64,000 nt of DNA from the NCBI RefSeq assembly GCF_006345805.1, contig NC_042998.1, forward strand, positions 66,464,001 to 66,528,000, read 5' to 3'. The notes under the pieces were generated by a model, which was not told the DNA's origin, ran no database searches, and saw only the letters and a program-made list of their open reading frames with translations. Made by a program: the position numbers and the translations under genes. Positions 11,518 to 24,447 of the stretch are shown here, piece after piece; position 1 is the first letter of the stretch; every line of letters begins with the position of its first letter. Origin of the DNA: Octopus sinensis. Lineage: Eukaryota.

Positions 11518-13687
11518 GAGGCATATATAATAGGTTTTATACAAGTATTTACACTGCATTGTAGATTTATAGCTGTTTCTGACATGTATTCCCGTTTCGT
11601 TTACTTAATCTGTCGATTAATCGATCGAAAAAGAATGTCCGACCGTTGAAAATGCAATTGTTTTCTGAATCACCATATGAAGTGCCAACTTATATGAAAA
11701 CAAAATAATGATATAAGTAAAGTGGCGCGAAGAAAAAACGAAATTGAAGTGAAGAAAAGGAGAAAGAGGAATATAGTGAGAGACAGAGAGACAGTGAAAG
11801 AAAGAAGAAGCCAGGAAATAAAAGACGGATTGGGCAAGGGAGCTGTTCCCTGTTGTTTTTACATGGAACTCAGTCACTCTTTTGTAGCCATCAGCTTTAG
11901 TTTATTGTTGTCTCTTATCATGGTTGAATAGTGTCAACATAGGGTATTGAAATTTGATAACCACAAACTTCTATATTGGTCATCGTACGATGAAATTTGT
12001 TGATTAGTTATGCCTGTTCATGTATATTACTCTGTGAAAAGATACCATATTAACTTGGTTATGCAAGCAAAATGTTTTCTAATTGGAACAATGCTCCAGA
12101 TAATGCTAAGGTGAAGTCCATCTCCAGCGAACGAATTAGGCTTCGTATCTCGCCTAGGGATTACATGGACTGTTATACCAATGAAAAAACGTTTCTGTTA
12201 GACTGGCCTATTTATATTAGCTGTATTAGCGAAGAGCTTAAGAGTTGTTTTAATCAGATTCATACATTTTTATCAGTAACCTATAAACTTTTTATATATA
12301 CTTAGTCGGAGAGAGATGCACGATATACCGTGCTCTCCATCATATCATGGATGGGGCACTGGTAATATTTGTGAGATATTATTTGTTTATTATGTAGAGA
12401 TTTTATATATGAGAATGCACGTGTGAATAAATGTTGTAGGGTATATTCCCCCCAACCTAGATACAGAGAATTTTACCGCACCTGTCTACGTACACGTATA
12501 TTAGAGTTTTGCAACAAACAACACAATTTATTTTGTGCAGCGAAGTTTTAAGTCTCACAAGCCAATTTGTTATGGGTGTATATTGTTTTATGTATCTAAA
12601 ATGATAAAAGGCAGAGCTGACCAAGTAGGATATAAACTCAGGCTTAAATATCTTTCCATACGCTGAAATTCACAGTTTTCAAATTTAGTTGAATTATTCA
12701 TACATTCATACATTCATGCACACACACACATACATACATACATACATACATACATACATACATACATACATACATACATACATACATACATACATACATA
12801 CATACATACATACAGACGTATGTATGTGCGTGTATATATGTATCGGAGTCAATAATTTTTCAGAGGTGCCATAATTATGACAACGAATACTTAAGATATT
12901 GTTAACATACGTAATACAAACAGATTTAAAATTTCATTAGCATTAATTGTGTGGAGGTTAACTAACAATATTATACTGGGCGAAATTCTAATATATTTTA
13001 AATCATAGTTGCAAGTACGGGAGAGGAACTGAATTTTAGATGTCTAAATGGAATTAAGTAGCCATTATAGAATTATATTTTAATAATAATTCCTTCCTAC
13101 CTTATTTATGATAAACATCATATATTTCTATTGATAAATATTTACTGAAAAACCATTCAACAGTTATCTCTCATTGTAAATCTTTTGGTATTAAAAAAAA
13201 TGTCCAAAGATAATATGATAAAAACAAAATATCCACTTTCATATAAATGTAGTTTTATTAACAAATGAAATTCATTCTTCTGTATTTGTAAAAGCAAATA
13301 CTATAATTGTATTATTCTGATATTTCAATAAATATATACAGAAAGTCATCCCTAGAAAATATAATAATACTTCAAGCGCCTATTTTAAATTTATCTTTCA
13401 TATCCTGGAGTTGAATAATATATTTTGCATTCCTTTTCCAATTGTTTATTCAATTTTGAATTAATAGAATACATGTGTTGGCAAATTCACATTGCCGACA
13501 ATAGCAGACAAAGGGTGGAGGCAATTCGCAGGAAGAAACAGACTGAATATTTAAGCGTGGCCATTTTAATCAAAAATAAGTAAGAAAGTGCCAAAAGGTA
13601 GGCACCAAAATGTCTTTACAGCAAATGGAAATAAAGAACCTTCTCGAATGTATAGAATTCAAATTCGCGTAGATCAATGATCTAAGC

Positions 13688-13736
<49 letters not shown>

Positions 13737-13825
13737 TTAAGTATGTATGTGTATATATATGTACATATATATATATATTGATATATACATACATAGATAG
13801 ATACATATATACATATATATTATAT

Positions 13826-13886
<61 letters not shown>

Positions 13887-14329
13887 TATATATATTATAC
13901 ATATATATATATATATACATATATATATTTACATTATATATATATATAGTTGTTAGATTTCTACTGCGTTTCGTCTTAAGGAAATCCAAGGAAATTGTTT
14001 TTCCGCTCTAGAAATTTTGGGAAATAATCTTCTAAAAGCCTGCTTCAAAACATATGTCATTTTTTAGTGAAATACTTTTCTAAGGTTTACCCTTACAATC
14101 AGTTTTAGATGTTCTTGGTTCCTGCTGTATAATTGTGTCTTCTAAGAATTTTCAGCGCATCTTATAAGTTTTCTACTTATGGTATTTTATATAACAAATA
14201 TTTTAACCGTATATTGTTTCCTGATATGTTACACACAACATGACGATTCAATTGTAAATTCCATATGTTCATTGCTTTTATATGTTATAACATTTTCAGG
14301 CATTATTTTAATCTACCTAATTGTCAACA

Positions 14330-14720
14330 CGTCGGGCAGAATGCTTAACAGCATTTTGTCCGTCTTTACTTTCTCAGTTCATATTCCATCGTGGTCAACT
14401 TTGCCTTTCATAATATTGGGGTTGATAATATAGTACTAATTCATCTCTGGGGTCGATGTAATTGACTTACCCCTTCTACCAAAATTACTAGCCATGTGGC
14501 AAATTCTGTGGCAATACCTATATTATAATCTAACTCAGGCAACATCTTAGCAGAGTCATCAACACGCCGGGAAAAATTCTTAGCGTCATGTCGTCCATTC
14601 TGATAGTCTTAGTTTAAATTTCACTACGGCCGACTTTGCTTTCATCCAATCGGTTCTATGTAATCAGCTTACCACATCCAGCCAACCTTGATGGCCTTGT
14701 GCCAAAATATGAAACCAATA
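14330..14720 (+). mobile_element. Two decayed SINE S2 pieces
   Basis: gtcgggcagaatgcttaacagcatttt..actttgcctttcat..ggggtcgatg and acacgccgggaaaaattcttagcg..cgactttgctttcatcc match S2. Confidence 0.55.
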
Positions 14721-15173
14721 TATTAGGCTCGAAATTTCTGTTCAATTATAACTTACTCTTTAACTCTTTTACTTGGTTCAGTCAGTTGACTGCAGACAGG
14801 ACTTAATCTATTCGTCTCTTTGCGTTACGGGGTACTTAAACACACAGAAACACATACATACATATAAATATATACGACAGGCTAATACTATATTATAGCG
14901 TTCTCCATGCAATTTTATAATCTATGGAAATGGCATTGAGTTAAAAATATTAAAGTGTATACAATTATGCCCATAGCAGTATGATGGGATGTGGCTTATC
15001 TGCAAATATCTTACGTTTAGTTTCAGTAAGATTGTTTCATTGGCATCTGTGATAGAAGGCGTACATTCCAATTAAGGAATAAATTTCTTCTTAGGATTCT
15101 ATATTTAATAAAGTTAAGTGTATATAGTTCAAAATCTTATTAATGCAAGTTTCAAATGAAGAAACTTATAAAT

Positions 15174-15343
15174 GCCGCAGGAGTGGCTGTGTGGTAAGTA
15201 GCTTGCTTACCAACCACATGGTTGCGTTCTTTTTAGTCCCACTGCGTGCAAACTTGGGCAAGTGTACTCTAATATAGCCTCGGGCTGAACAGAACAAAGC
15301 CTTGTGAGTGGATTTGGTAGACGGAAACTGAAAGAAGCCGTCG

Positions 15344-15399
<56 letters not shown>

Positions 15400-15596
15400 T
15401 CACCATCACTTGACAACCGATGCTGGTGTGCTTACGCCTCGGTTATCTAGCGGTTCGGCAAATGACACCGATAGAAGTACTAGGCTTACAAAGAATAAGT
15501 CCTGGGATCCATTTGTTCGACTAAAGGCGGTGCTCCAGCATAGCCGCAGTCAAATGACTGAAACAATTAAGAGGATACTAAAAGAATAAAAGAATA
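15174..15596 (+). mobile_element. SINE S1, full length
   Basis: gccgcaggagtggctgtgtggtaag..; central (TA)(TG)n; 3' end ..aaagaataaaagaat. Confidence 0.9.
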
Positions 15597-15849
15597 CAGT
15601 ATAAGTACACTTGATGAAGGAATGGGACTCACAATTTGAACATTCTTTCATGAAACAAAGAAGATTATGTTTATCCTAAAAGCTAACAATTGAAACTTTC
15701 TTTTTTTATCAAGAAAATTTTGTCCACACAAAAGATAGGAATCAAGGAAGTAACCCCAAACAGGACACCTGGTTCAAAAGATTGATTTATCGTGAAATAT
15801 CAAACAAGCAACGATGTTAAAGATTAGTTTTAAATTTTAGCACAATACC

Positions 15850-16035
15850 AGTAAATTGGGGAGAGCAAGTTTACCTCGACAGAAATGCTCAATTGCTACT
15901 TACTTCATCGATCCCTAAACCATCAAAAGCAAAATCGACCTCGGTGGAATTTGAACTCAGAGCATGGAGACGGATGAAATGCTGCTAAGCGTTTTTTACC
16001 GGCCTGCTACCAATTCTGTTAGATTGCCGCCTTAA
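15850..16035 (-). mobile_element. SINE S2 (decayed)
   Basis: aaaagcaaaatcgacctcggtggaatttgaactcag..aaatgctgctaagc..ccgcc is the reverse complement of the S2 head. Confidence 0.75.
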
Positions 16036-16134
16036 GCAAGCGGTAGATATTGATCGTAAACCGATTGAGGGGTTGCGTGTCCCAATCACACAAGGACGTT
16101 TGATTTGATACCAAAACGGCGGAACAAACAATTG

Positions 16135-16216
16135 CATTTAAAACACAAAAACCGTTAGATTCACTTCATTAATTTTAAATGTTGAAGTGAATCTAACGGT
16201 TTTTGTGTTTTAAATG
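16135..16216. repeat. Perfect 34-bp inverted repeat with 14-nt loop
   Basis: catttaaaacacaaaaaccgttagattcacttca / tgaagtgaatctaacggtttttgtgttttaaatg. Confidence 0.9.
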
Positions 16217-16950
16217 GCTTCCACGCTGCAATTATTTAAATTGTTTAAACACCTTCGACGCTGCAATTGTTTCCGTTCCAGCTCACAATCTCAGATATTT
16301 GAAAGCGCGCGCGCGCGCGCGTGTGTGTGTGTATAAGTGTGCGCTTGTATAGGAAGTCAGTTATACGGCCGGTCATGGATTGACCAATGGCTTTGCATCC
16401 ATAAATCGCTTAGCATTGTAGAAGGCTCGTCGGATTCTAATGGCTGCAGACATACGACCTCGCTTCAAACTGAAGATAGAGAAACGTTACGGTCAGTGAA
16501 TTTTGTAAACAAAAAATATATATTGTCCAACAACGGAGTTCTTGCCCTTAGATCTGTCCCAGATTGATCGCACTAGCATTTCAAGCAAGTGTTAGTGCCA
16601 TTTATCTTCAACAAATATTCTGTGTAGCAATGATTTATATCTAAATCATTTTCTATACTTACTTTAAAAAGTAAACCTTGTAATCCTTTCATATGTAGAT
16701 TATAATTTATAATTCAATTCGAATTATATTCAATAATTGTTTAAATGTTAATCCTTTTAATGACTTCACTTTAAATGGAACGCAATAATTAAAAAGCCAG
16801 TTGCTATCAAGCAAAATATATTCATCGTATAAAAACGCAATCATATTAAACAATAAAAGAATATAAATGTCGCAACAGCAGTTTGTTCTGAATAGTTAAG
16901 ATCGATAGAGAACGATAATTTATCCTCTCCTCTCCTCTCTCACTAAGTGC

Positions 16951-17228
16951 GGAGGCACATGGTCAAGTGGTTAGAGCAGCGAACTCGCGATCCGGTGATC
17001 GCGTGTTTGAATCTCAGACCAGGCGATATGTGTGTTTAAGAGCGAAACACCTAAGCTCCGCGCGGCTCCGGCAGAAGGTAATGGCGAACTTTTGCTGACT
17101 CGTTCGTCACAAATTTCTCTCACTCTGCATCTTGCAGCTCACCTGCGATGGACCAGTGTCCCGTCCAAAGGAAACCGGGAAACAGACCCTACGAGCCAGG
17201 CGTGGCTCGCGAAGGAACAAACAACAAC
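16951..17228 (+). mobile_element. SINE family S4
   Basis: tRNA-like head ggaggcacatggtcaagtggttagagcagc..gtttgaatctc; body gcggctccggcagaaggtaatggcgaact; (caa)n tail; homologs at 28376 and 35870. Confidence 0.85.
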
Positions 17229-17370
17229 ATCGCTTACTAAGGACATTAAAAATGATTAGAACATTACGCTTCATTGTGCTCTGCAGTGGGGTATATTTTG
17301 AAATAAATCTAATGGACAATGCATTTTCTAGAAGAAAAAAAAAGCTTCATAAATTAGGCAAGTGTTTCTT

Positions 17371-17597
17371 ATTTCTTTATTGCCCACAATGGGCTAAACA
17401 TGGAGGGGACAAAGATAGACAAAGGGATTAAGTCGATTATATCGACCCCAGTGCGTAACTGGTATTTAATTTATCGACCCCGAAAGAATGAAAGGCAAAG
17501 TCGACCTAAGTGGAATTTGAACTCAGAACGTAGCGGCAGACGAAATACCACTAAGCATTTCGCCCGGTGTGCTAACGTTTCTGCCAGCTCTCCGCCT
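17371..17597 (-). mobile_element. SINE family S2, full length with LINE-like tail
   Basis: Minus strand: ggcggagagctggcagaaacgttagcacaccgggcgaaatgc..; tail gtcccctccatgtttagcccattgtgggcaataaagaaat. Confidence 0.9.
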
Positions 17598-20217
17598 TAA
17601 ATTAGGAAAGTGTTTCTACTCCATAGTGCAATATTCCACCGAATTACAATCACGGTGCACACAAACATACACACGCACATCCACACTCACATGCATGCAC
17701 ATATACACAGACACCACATACACCCACACACTCATATATACGAGTTCGGCTCATTAGAGGTTGCTATGTAATGATAGTGAAGAAGACAGATAGATAGATA
17801 GAGAGAGCGAGAGAGAGAGAGAGAGTGTGTGTGTGTGTGTGTGTGAGTGAGAAAGTGAGAGAGAATCGCTTTTAAGTTATTTATTTATTTTATTGTTTTG
17901 ATTGAAAATTGAAGAGAGAGAATACATATTTTTCATGTGACTCTACATGAATAATGGAATACATGCACACATACGTACATACATACATACATACACACAC
18001 GGACATAAACATACACACACACACACATACATATATATTTATATATATCATTACTAAAGGCCTAGGTGCTGCTCAGTGTTCGTACATCATCCCTGAACAT
18101 GTCATTTTCAGGACACCAATATTTCAATTTTAAATCATTTTATGATGAAACCTATTAGTTTTCCTTTAGAGATATCTGAAATTCCGTACTATATAATTTG
18201 GGGGAATAATATCGTAGTTTCGTGTTATACTATATTTTATCATAAAGCGCAAAAGAATTTATATCGTCAATTATTTCAAGATAACTTACGATTCACTCGA
18301 GAATTTCCACTGAAAATATAATCTAATATAACTGGACTAACAATTATTATTTTGAGGGTATAGTATATACAATAAGCTACACATCAATATAGTACAGATT
18401 AAATACACCTTGGAATATAGTCAGAGGTTAACCATTGATACAGTGTCGATGTGACAGCATATCCTTGACTATCGTATCTAGACCAATACAAACACATGAA
18501 AAATGCGCTTCTATTTTCATCTTCTTTCATAAAAGGATGCTAGAATTGAGCTGAAATAATAACGTGCTTTCGTCATATTTACTATAATAGATAGAATATA
18601 TATATTCTGATCTGTCTGTATATAGTGTTTTGGCTGAAATTTTATCAATATTCTTTGTAGCACCGTAAATGATTAAATGCATATGAATGTGTTACACGAC
18701 CAATATAATAAACTAGTCGCCATGATTGGCTTATGTATATAAATATCTATCCAACGTAACGTTGTCCTAATTGATAATACTTTTTACGAGCACTGTTGTT
18801 ACATTACTGTGCGTAGAAGTCCTTTCTATAGCGAAGTGACTAAATATTTATGACAACTTTGGTAACAAATATGCTGAGAGTTCGACGCTTCTGTTTGGCA
18901 AGTACCTAAATGCATAAATATCGCTACCATATTCATATGCATTCCTTGATCAACGGTTCATTCTCAAATGCAGTTCTCGTTGTTCTTCCTAGATATTAAA
19001 ATGCTTAGGATATTAGGTGAGACGACGTTTTAGTTGCAAGGTTAACACGTATTAGTTGCAAGGTTAATAGTATTTTGTAGGTAAATGAATGACTGATATA
19101 GCTATTTCTGCACTCGCCTCATTTTCTTAAAGCTGGCGTAATTCCTATCTTATATTAAAAAATAAAAGTTTACATAGGTGCATATCATATCTTCAGATTA
19201 AGCCAAAAGATTAATCTGGGAAAATATTTGCAGATTATACAAAGAGAATATATACTGCAGCCTTCATCCTACATGTGCTATGGATCGTCACATTCTTCCC
19301 AAAATGAAGTGAGTTCAAAGGAGAGTTTCATACCTCATTTTGTAAGGATCACCTGGAACACGGTTTTCACCACTGTTTGTGCCTTATGATAACGTGTGCA
19401 TAGATTCATATGGGGAAGAATTCATGTAATTCATAAAGAAGCTGACGATCTCAATTGACAGAAATTGCTGATAGTTGGGAAGATACGGTTAAAATTAATA
19501 TAGGATCAAGGGGCGCAGTCAATATGTGCCAAAAGAAAATCAATTTGTCTTGGGTTTGCTATTAGAAAGAAAACCTACTGAAGAGAAAATATTATGTATT
19601 TTGGTGTCTCTTTCAACTTGCTGTTAACCAGCGGTATTTGTGTAGTTGGGAAAGGGGACAGGTTTACAGTTATGCTCGCTGAAATATTTGATGCAACACA
19701 TAGACCGCTTTATCACAAAAACACTCTTATATCATATACATATGAATGCATACTAAAAACTGATGTCCAAATACACATAAACAATATACATGCTTAGATG
19801 CTCATACACAGGCATGTGCAGAGATATGTATGTATAGGTGTGCGTGCTTGTGTGTGCATGTATATATATATGTGTGTGTATATATATATATATATGCAGA
19901 GACACGCACACCTATTCATGCATACCTAAAAACATGCCTGTGTATGAGCATCTACATATATGTGTGTGTGTGTGTGTGTATATATATAAACACACACACG
20001 CATAAACACACATATCTACACATATATACACAGAGGCACACGTTTATATGCTGGAGCATATGCGTGCGTAGAATTGTGTTATAAATTGATAAATATGCGT
20101 AACAGAAAATATCAAATTTCTTTTACAATTTGGTTTCTTCCAAATGAAAATAAATAAAAGAAAAACGGGGCTTAATAAAACATATAACAATAAATCCGAA
20201 AGGAATAAGTAATACGT

Positions 20218-20301
<84 letters not shown>

Positions 20302-20949
20302 GCTTATACATTTAAGGAAACATCATATATATTAGAAATTTTCTGAGAACATTAAAATATGATGTGATATTTTATATGTTATAATATACAATAAATTGCT
20401 TCATTTAAACAGCTAAATTTTGCAATACATTATATTGAATATTACTTATTTTTCTTCTGATTGCTTTTTATTATTCCATCTTATGTTTATTTTAATTTTT
20501 CCTTATAGGGCTTTACTATTACTTACGTACTGATTACATTCATCTATTTCCCTGAAATATAATATTACTATATTATGTATGAAAGTAATGGATATATCAC
20601 GAAAAACATATGAAATACAATATATAAAATAAAACATAATATGTTCACCAAATCATCAATTTCAAATATGTTTTCGTTTTCTTATTACACTTACCTACAT
20701 TTGTTCTCCACTAGTTCTGCCGGAAATCATCTTTCTCAAAGCAATTTCGTTCTAGAATTTTGATAATATTCATTTTCTATTATTTTATGAGATCTGTGAT
20801 TGATAACAAGCCATATTTATTGAATGAATATGTTAAATATAAGAACGTACAGTAATTTTGTATAACAGATACATGTTTCGTTTTCTTTGCTGCATTGTAA
20901 ATACATGTTTATTGTTTCAAATGTCAATTGCAATTTCCTTTAACTTTCT

Positions 20950-21493
20950 GATATTTTTCTGCAATTCATTTCCAGTTATTTACAATGGGGAATAATTTTC
21001 AATCTATTTCATCATTGTGTATCAAATCAACTGCACTAAAGAATATAATTTCCTCTCCCCCCTCTCTCTGTTTTTTTTTTTTATTTCTATGTATGTATAT
21101 TTCTTTCATTGTCATAGATAGATATAATGGTTTATTTTGACGGAGCACTAAGTGAGCATCTATTATTGTCAACACTATTTTGTTGAATCGACTAAAACCT
21201 TTGCCGATTTCTTTCAGACAAATCCAATACAGAACACAATAACTTTCAGAATGTAAATTAAATACTAGGAAACTAACATATATTTGAACTCTTTCACAAG
21301 ATCTTCAATTATATTCGGTAAAAGTAGGTTTACACTCTGCATGCAGAATGACAACAGCTGCATCTATATACCCTTTGTATTCTGGCAAAGAAGACCTGAA
21401 TAATTTTTTTAGGTTTCACGCATCTATTTTATATTTATATATATGTATATATGTGTGTATGTGTACATATATATGTGTGTGTAAATGTATATG

Positions 21494-21539
<46 letters not shown>

Positions 21540-22250
21540 AGTGTGTGTGTATATATATATGTGTGTATATATATATATATGGGTGTATATATATATGTAT
21601 ATATATATATATATGTATATATATATGAACCTTTCTTTACTCCCCTACAAGGTTTAATATCGATATTAGCATGGTGTCATGTTTAAGGAAATGAGTTCAG
21701 AGCAAAACATTTAGTATATCATGCCTTTATTCACCCAGAGAAATCTTTTCATTTTGTATGCTGAATTGGCCTTTTAAGATGCTACAATATCTGCAATTCA
21801 TTTCCAAATAATAACAATGGCGAATAATTTCACTCTTTCATCAATTGTGTGTCAACGTAACTGCACTAAAGGAAAAAAAAATCATTCTCTTTCTTATATT
21901 GTGATCATTGTCATAAAGATATAAAGATATAATAGCTTGTGTGGATAGAGCTCAAAGTGAACATCTATCAGGGACATCACAATTCTTTTGAATCCAACAA
22001 AACGTTTGCTGATTCCTTTCAGACAAATCCAATGAAGAACCCCAAAATCTTCGAAATGTGAATTAAATGATAGGAATCCAATATATGTAATGCATATTGC
22101 GTTTTGATATATCAGCCAGTCACGTTCACTCTGCCTTTCCTTCCATGTAATCCTTAGAATTCTGTATAATCGGCAGTAACTTGACACAAACCGAAGTTGT
22201 ATGACACGAGTTTATCCCAGTATGCTGATATAAAATGTATATTATTTTGC
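20950..22250. repeat. Old tandem duplication (two diverged copies, period ~840 bp)
   Basis: ~20950-21400 aligns with ~21785-22250 through shared blocks ctgcaattcatttcca, aactgcactaaag, cattgtcata, tttcagacaaatccaat. Confidence 0.75.
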
Positions 22251-23334
22251 CATCCATAATTAGTAAAGTATCCTGCAGTCTACTTAATTTTCTCAAGATC
22301 GAGTTATTCCTTTGCCGGCGTTTTCAGTGTGAGTATATCAGGGCTTTAATAAGGGTGTTCATAAACACCACAATTAATATTTCTGTAACCCATTCATACA
22401 TATGTAATTCTTTCACCGGTGACAGTCCACATAGGCTCCCTCTTTCTTCATTGCTTTGCCTCCCATAGATAAATCAAAAACAAAGACCACTCACATGTAT
22501 GTTATTTAGCATAAATTATTAGAACTAATATTTGTCACTTGTCTTTCCAAGTTGTTTTTGTTAAATCATATTGTTTCTGTGAATAATGGAAGTTAAGCTA
22601 GGCCAAAAATGTTCACTTATTCTGGTTTTGATTTATGACTGGGGTTGATTGCAGACAAGAGTTGACAAGGAAACACATTTGCAAAGGCATGTCGTCCCTT
22701 CCCAGTAAAACGAATATTGCATTTTAAGTAATAGGATATAATTCTTTCATATTATAAGTAGAATACTCAACCGGCATCTGAGAAGTACATGTTCGACTCC
22801 TGTAGCCGCCTGCTGGCAAATCTTTTCCGTCTTATAAGATTATAATACCGAACGTGTACTGTGATGTCAGTTTACTTTTTTAAGTTTCTATCACTTTCTT
22901 GTTTGAAGCCGTTTGCCAATGATGCAAGTAGTTTGTTTAGCTTCGTTTTCAACAAATCAAAAATTATATCGCAAATTGACATACTTCAAGAGTCCAGTTC
23001 TCTAACTTCAACACACACCTCATTACTTGATCCAAAGCTAAGAAACTCATTTGTAAAACACTAAAGACTTGCATTGAACCAACTGGGGCATCACCGAGTA
23101 GCAATGCTATTCTTACTATACGATTGAGTATAGTAAATAGCCTATACTATTATACTAGCACCTATTATAACTCGAAAGTATGGGTTTGAACCCTGGAAAC
23201 CCGTTCCATTTCAAGGGAAAGAAGTTGCATAAATTGCTACGTAAAATATACGAAACTCTGTTTTTATCTTTATTTTATTTTATTTTTTTAATATTTCAGA
23301 TAATGTGAATTAACCGCTTTCTTATGCTAAGAGA

Positions 23335-23473
23335 ATGATAAATGATTCAGGTTTCCATAATCGACTTTATGTCATTCCTCCAGCATCGCCGAAGACCAAG
23401 CGTAAAATCAGTGAAAGAAATATATGTCGTAGACACTCAGCTACTCTCTTTGTCAATCATACAATGTACAATG
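23335..23473 (+). CDS. Candidate host coding exon (unidentified protein)
   Basis: Strong acceptor (T-rich ..atatttcag| at 23299), ATG at 23335, 46 open codons MINDSGFHNRLYVIPPASPKTKRKISERNICRRHSATLFVNHTMYN, donor G|GTAATT at 23473/4; non-repetitive sequence; no homology recognised. Confidence 0.35.
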
Positions 23474-23575
23474 GTAATTTACAAATACTAACACCAGTCA
23501 TAATTGTAAATTTTACAGATTAGCCAACCGGATTTGTGAAATGTATGTATGTATGCATGTGTATCTATCTATCTC

Positions 23576-23706
<131 letters not shown>

Positions 23707-23730
23707 ACCTATCTGTCTGTCTATCCAACT

Positions 23731-23771
<41 letters not shown>

Positions 23772-23832
23772 TATTTATACATACATACATACATACATAC
23801 ATATGTGTTTGTGTGTGTGTGTATGTATGTGT

Positions 23833-23952
23833 GTAGTGAGAATTTACAAAACATACAAAAGACGAATATGGGTGTGTATACAACAGACAGATGTATTAGT
23901 TTAACGCTGGGGAGTGAGAAAGTCTTTTACGTATCGAGGCTACGCTCTTCGA
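23833..23952 (-). mobile_element. Family C hammerhead mini-element (partial, decayed)
   Basis: Shares cagatgtattagtttaacgct and ttttacgtatcgaggctacgctcttcgaca with other family C copies; adjoins (TG)n. Confidence 0.7.
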
Positions 23953-24080
23953 CATGTGTGTATGTGTGAATGTATGAATGTATGTGTGAGTATCATCCTT
24001 GCACCCATACATAAATACATACATACGCGCACGCACACACACACAACACACACACATACACACACATATATATGACAAAA

Positions 24081-24399
24081 GCACTCCGTTGGTAACGACG
24101 ATGAGGGTTGCGGCTGATACGAACAACGGACCAGCTTGATCGTGAAATTAGCGTGCAAGTGGCTGAGTACTCCACAGACATGTGTACCCTTAATGTAGTT
24201 CTCAGGGAGATTCAGCTTGACACAAAGTGTGACAAACCGTGCCCTTTTTTGAAATACAAGTACTACTCATTTTTTGCCAACAAAGTGGACTGGAGCAATC
24301 TGAAATATGCTGATCAAAGACACAACGTGTCGCCCGGAATTAAACTTACGACCGCACGGTCGTGAGCCGAATGTCCTAACCGCTAAACCAGGTGCCTTT
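24081..24399 (-). mobile_element. SINE S3
   Basis: Reverse complement of the 2888-3200 unit, from gcactccgttggtaacgac to the head. Confidence 0.85.
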
Positions 24400-24412
24400 A
24401 TTATATATATAG

Positions 24413-24447
<35 letters not shown>

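Noticed and set aside
13955-14035. Hammerhead-like tail GAAACGCAGTAGAAAT on the minus strand next to (TA)n
   Set aside because: No recognisable CUGANGA core or stem II.
16305-16332. (CG)8(TG)6 potential Z-DNA tract
   Set aside because: Simple microsatellite variant with no supporting context.
16470-16490. CTGAAGA taga GAAACGTTA
   Set aside because: No room for stem II and no stem I pairing.
22770-22812. tRNA-like T-loop GTTCGACTCC
   Set aside because: No matching D-arm or acceptor stem; at most a decayed SINE head.
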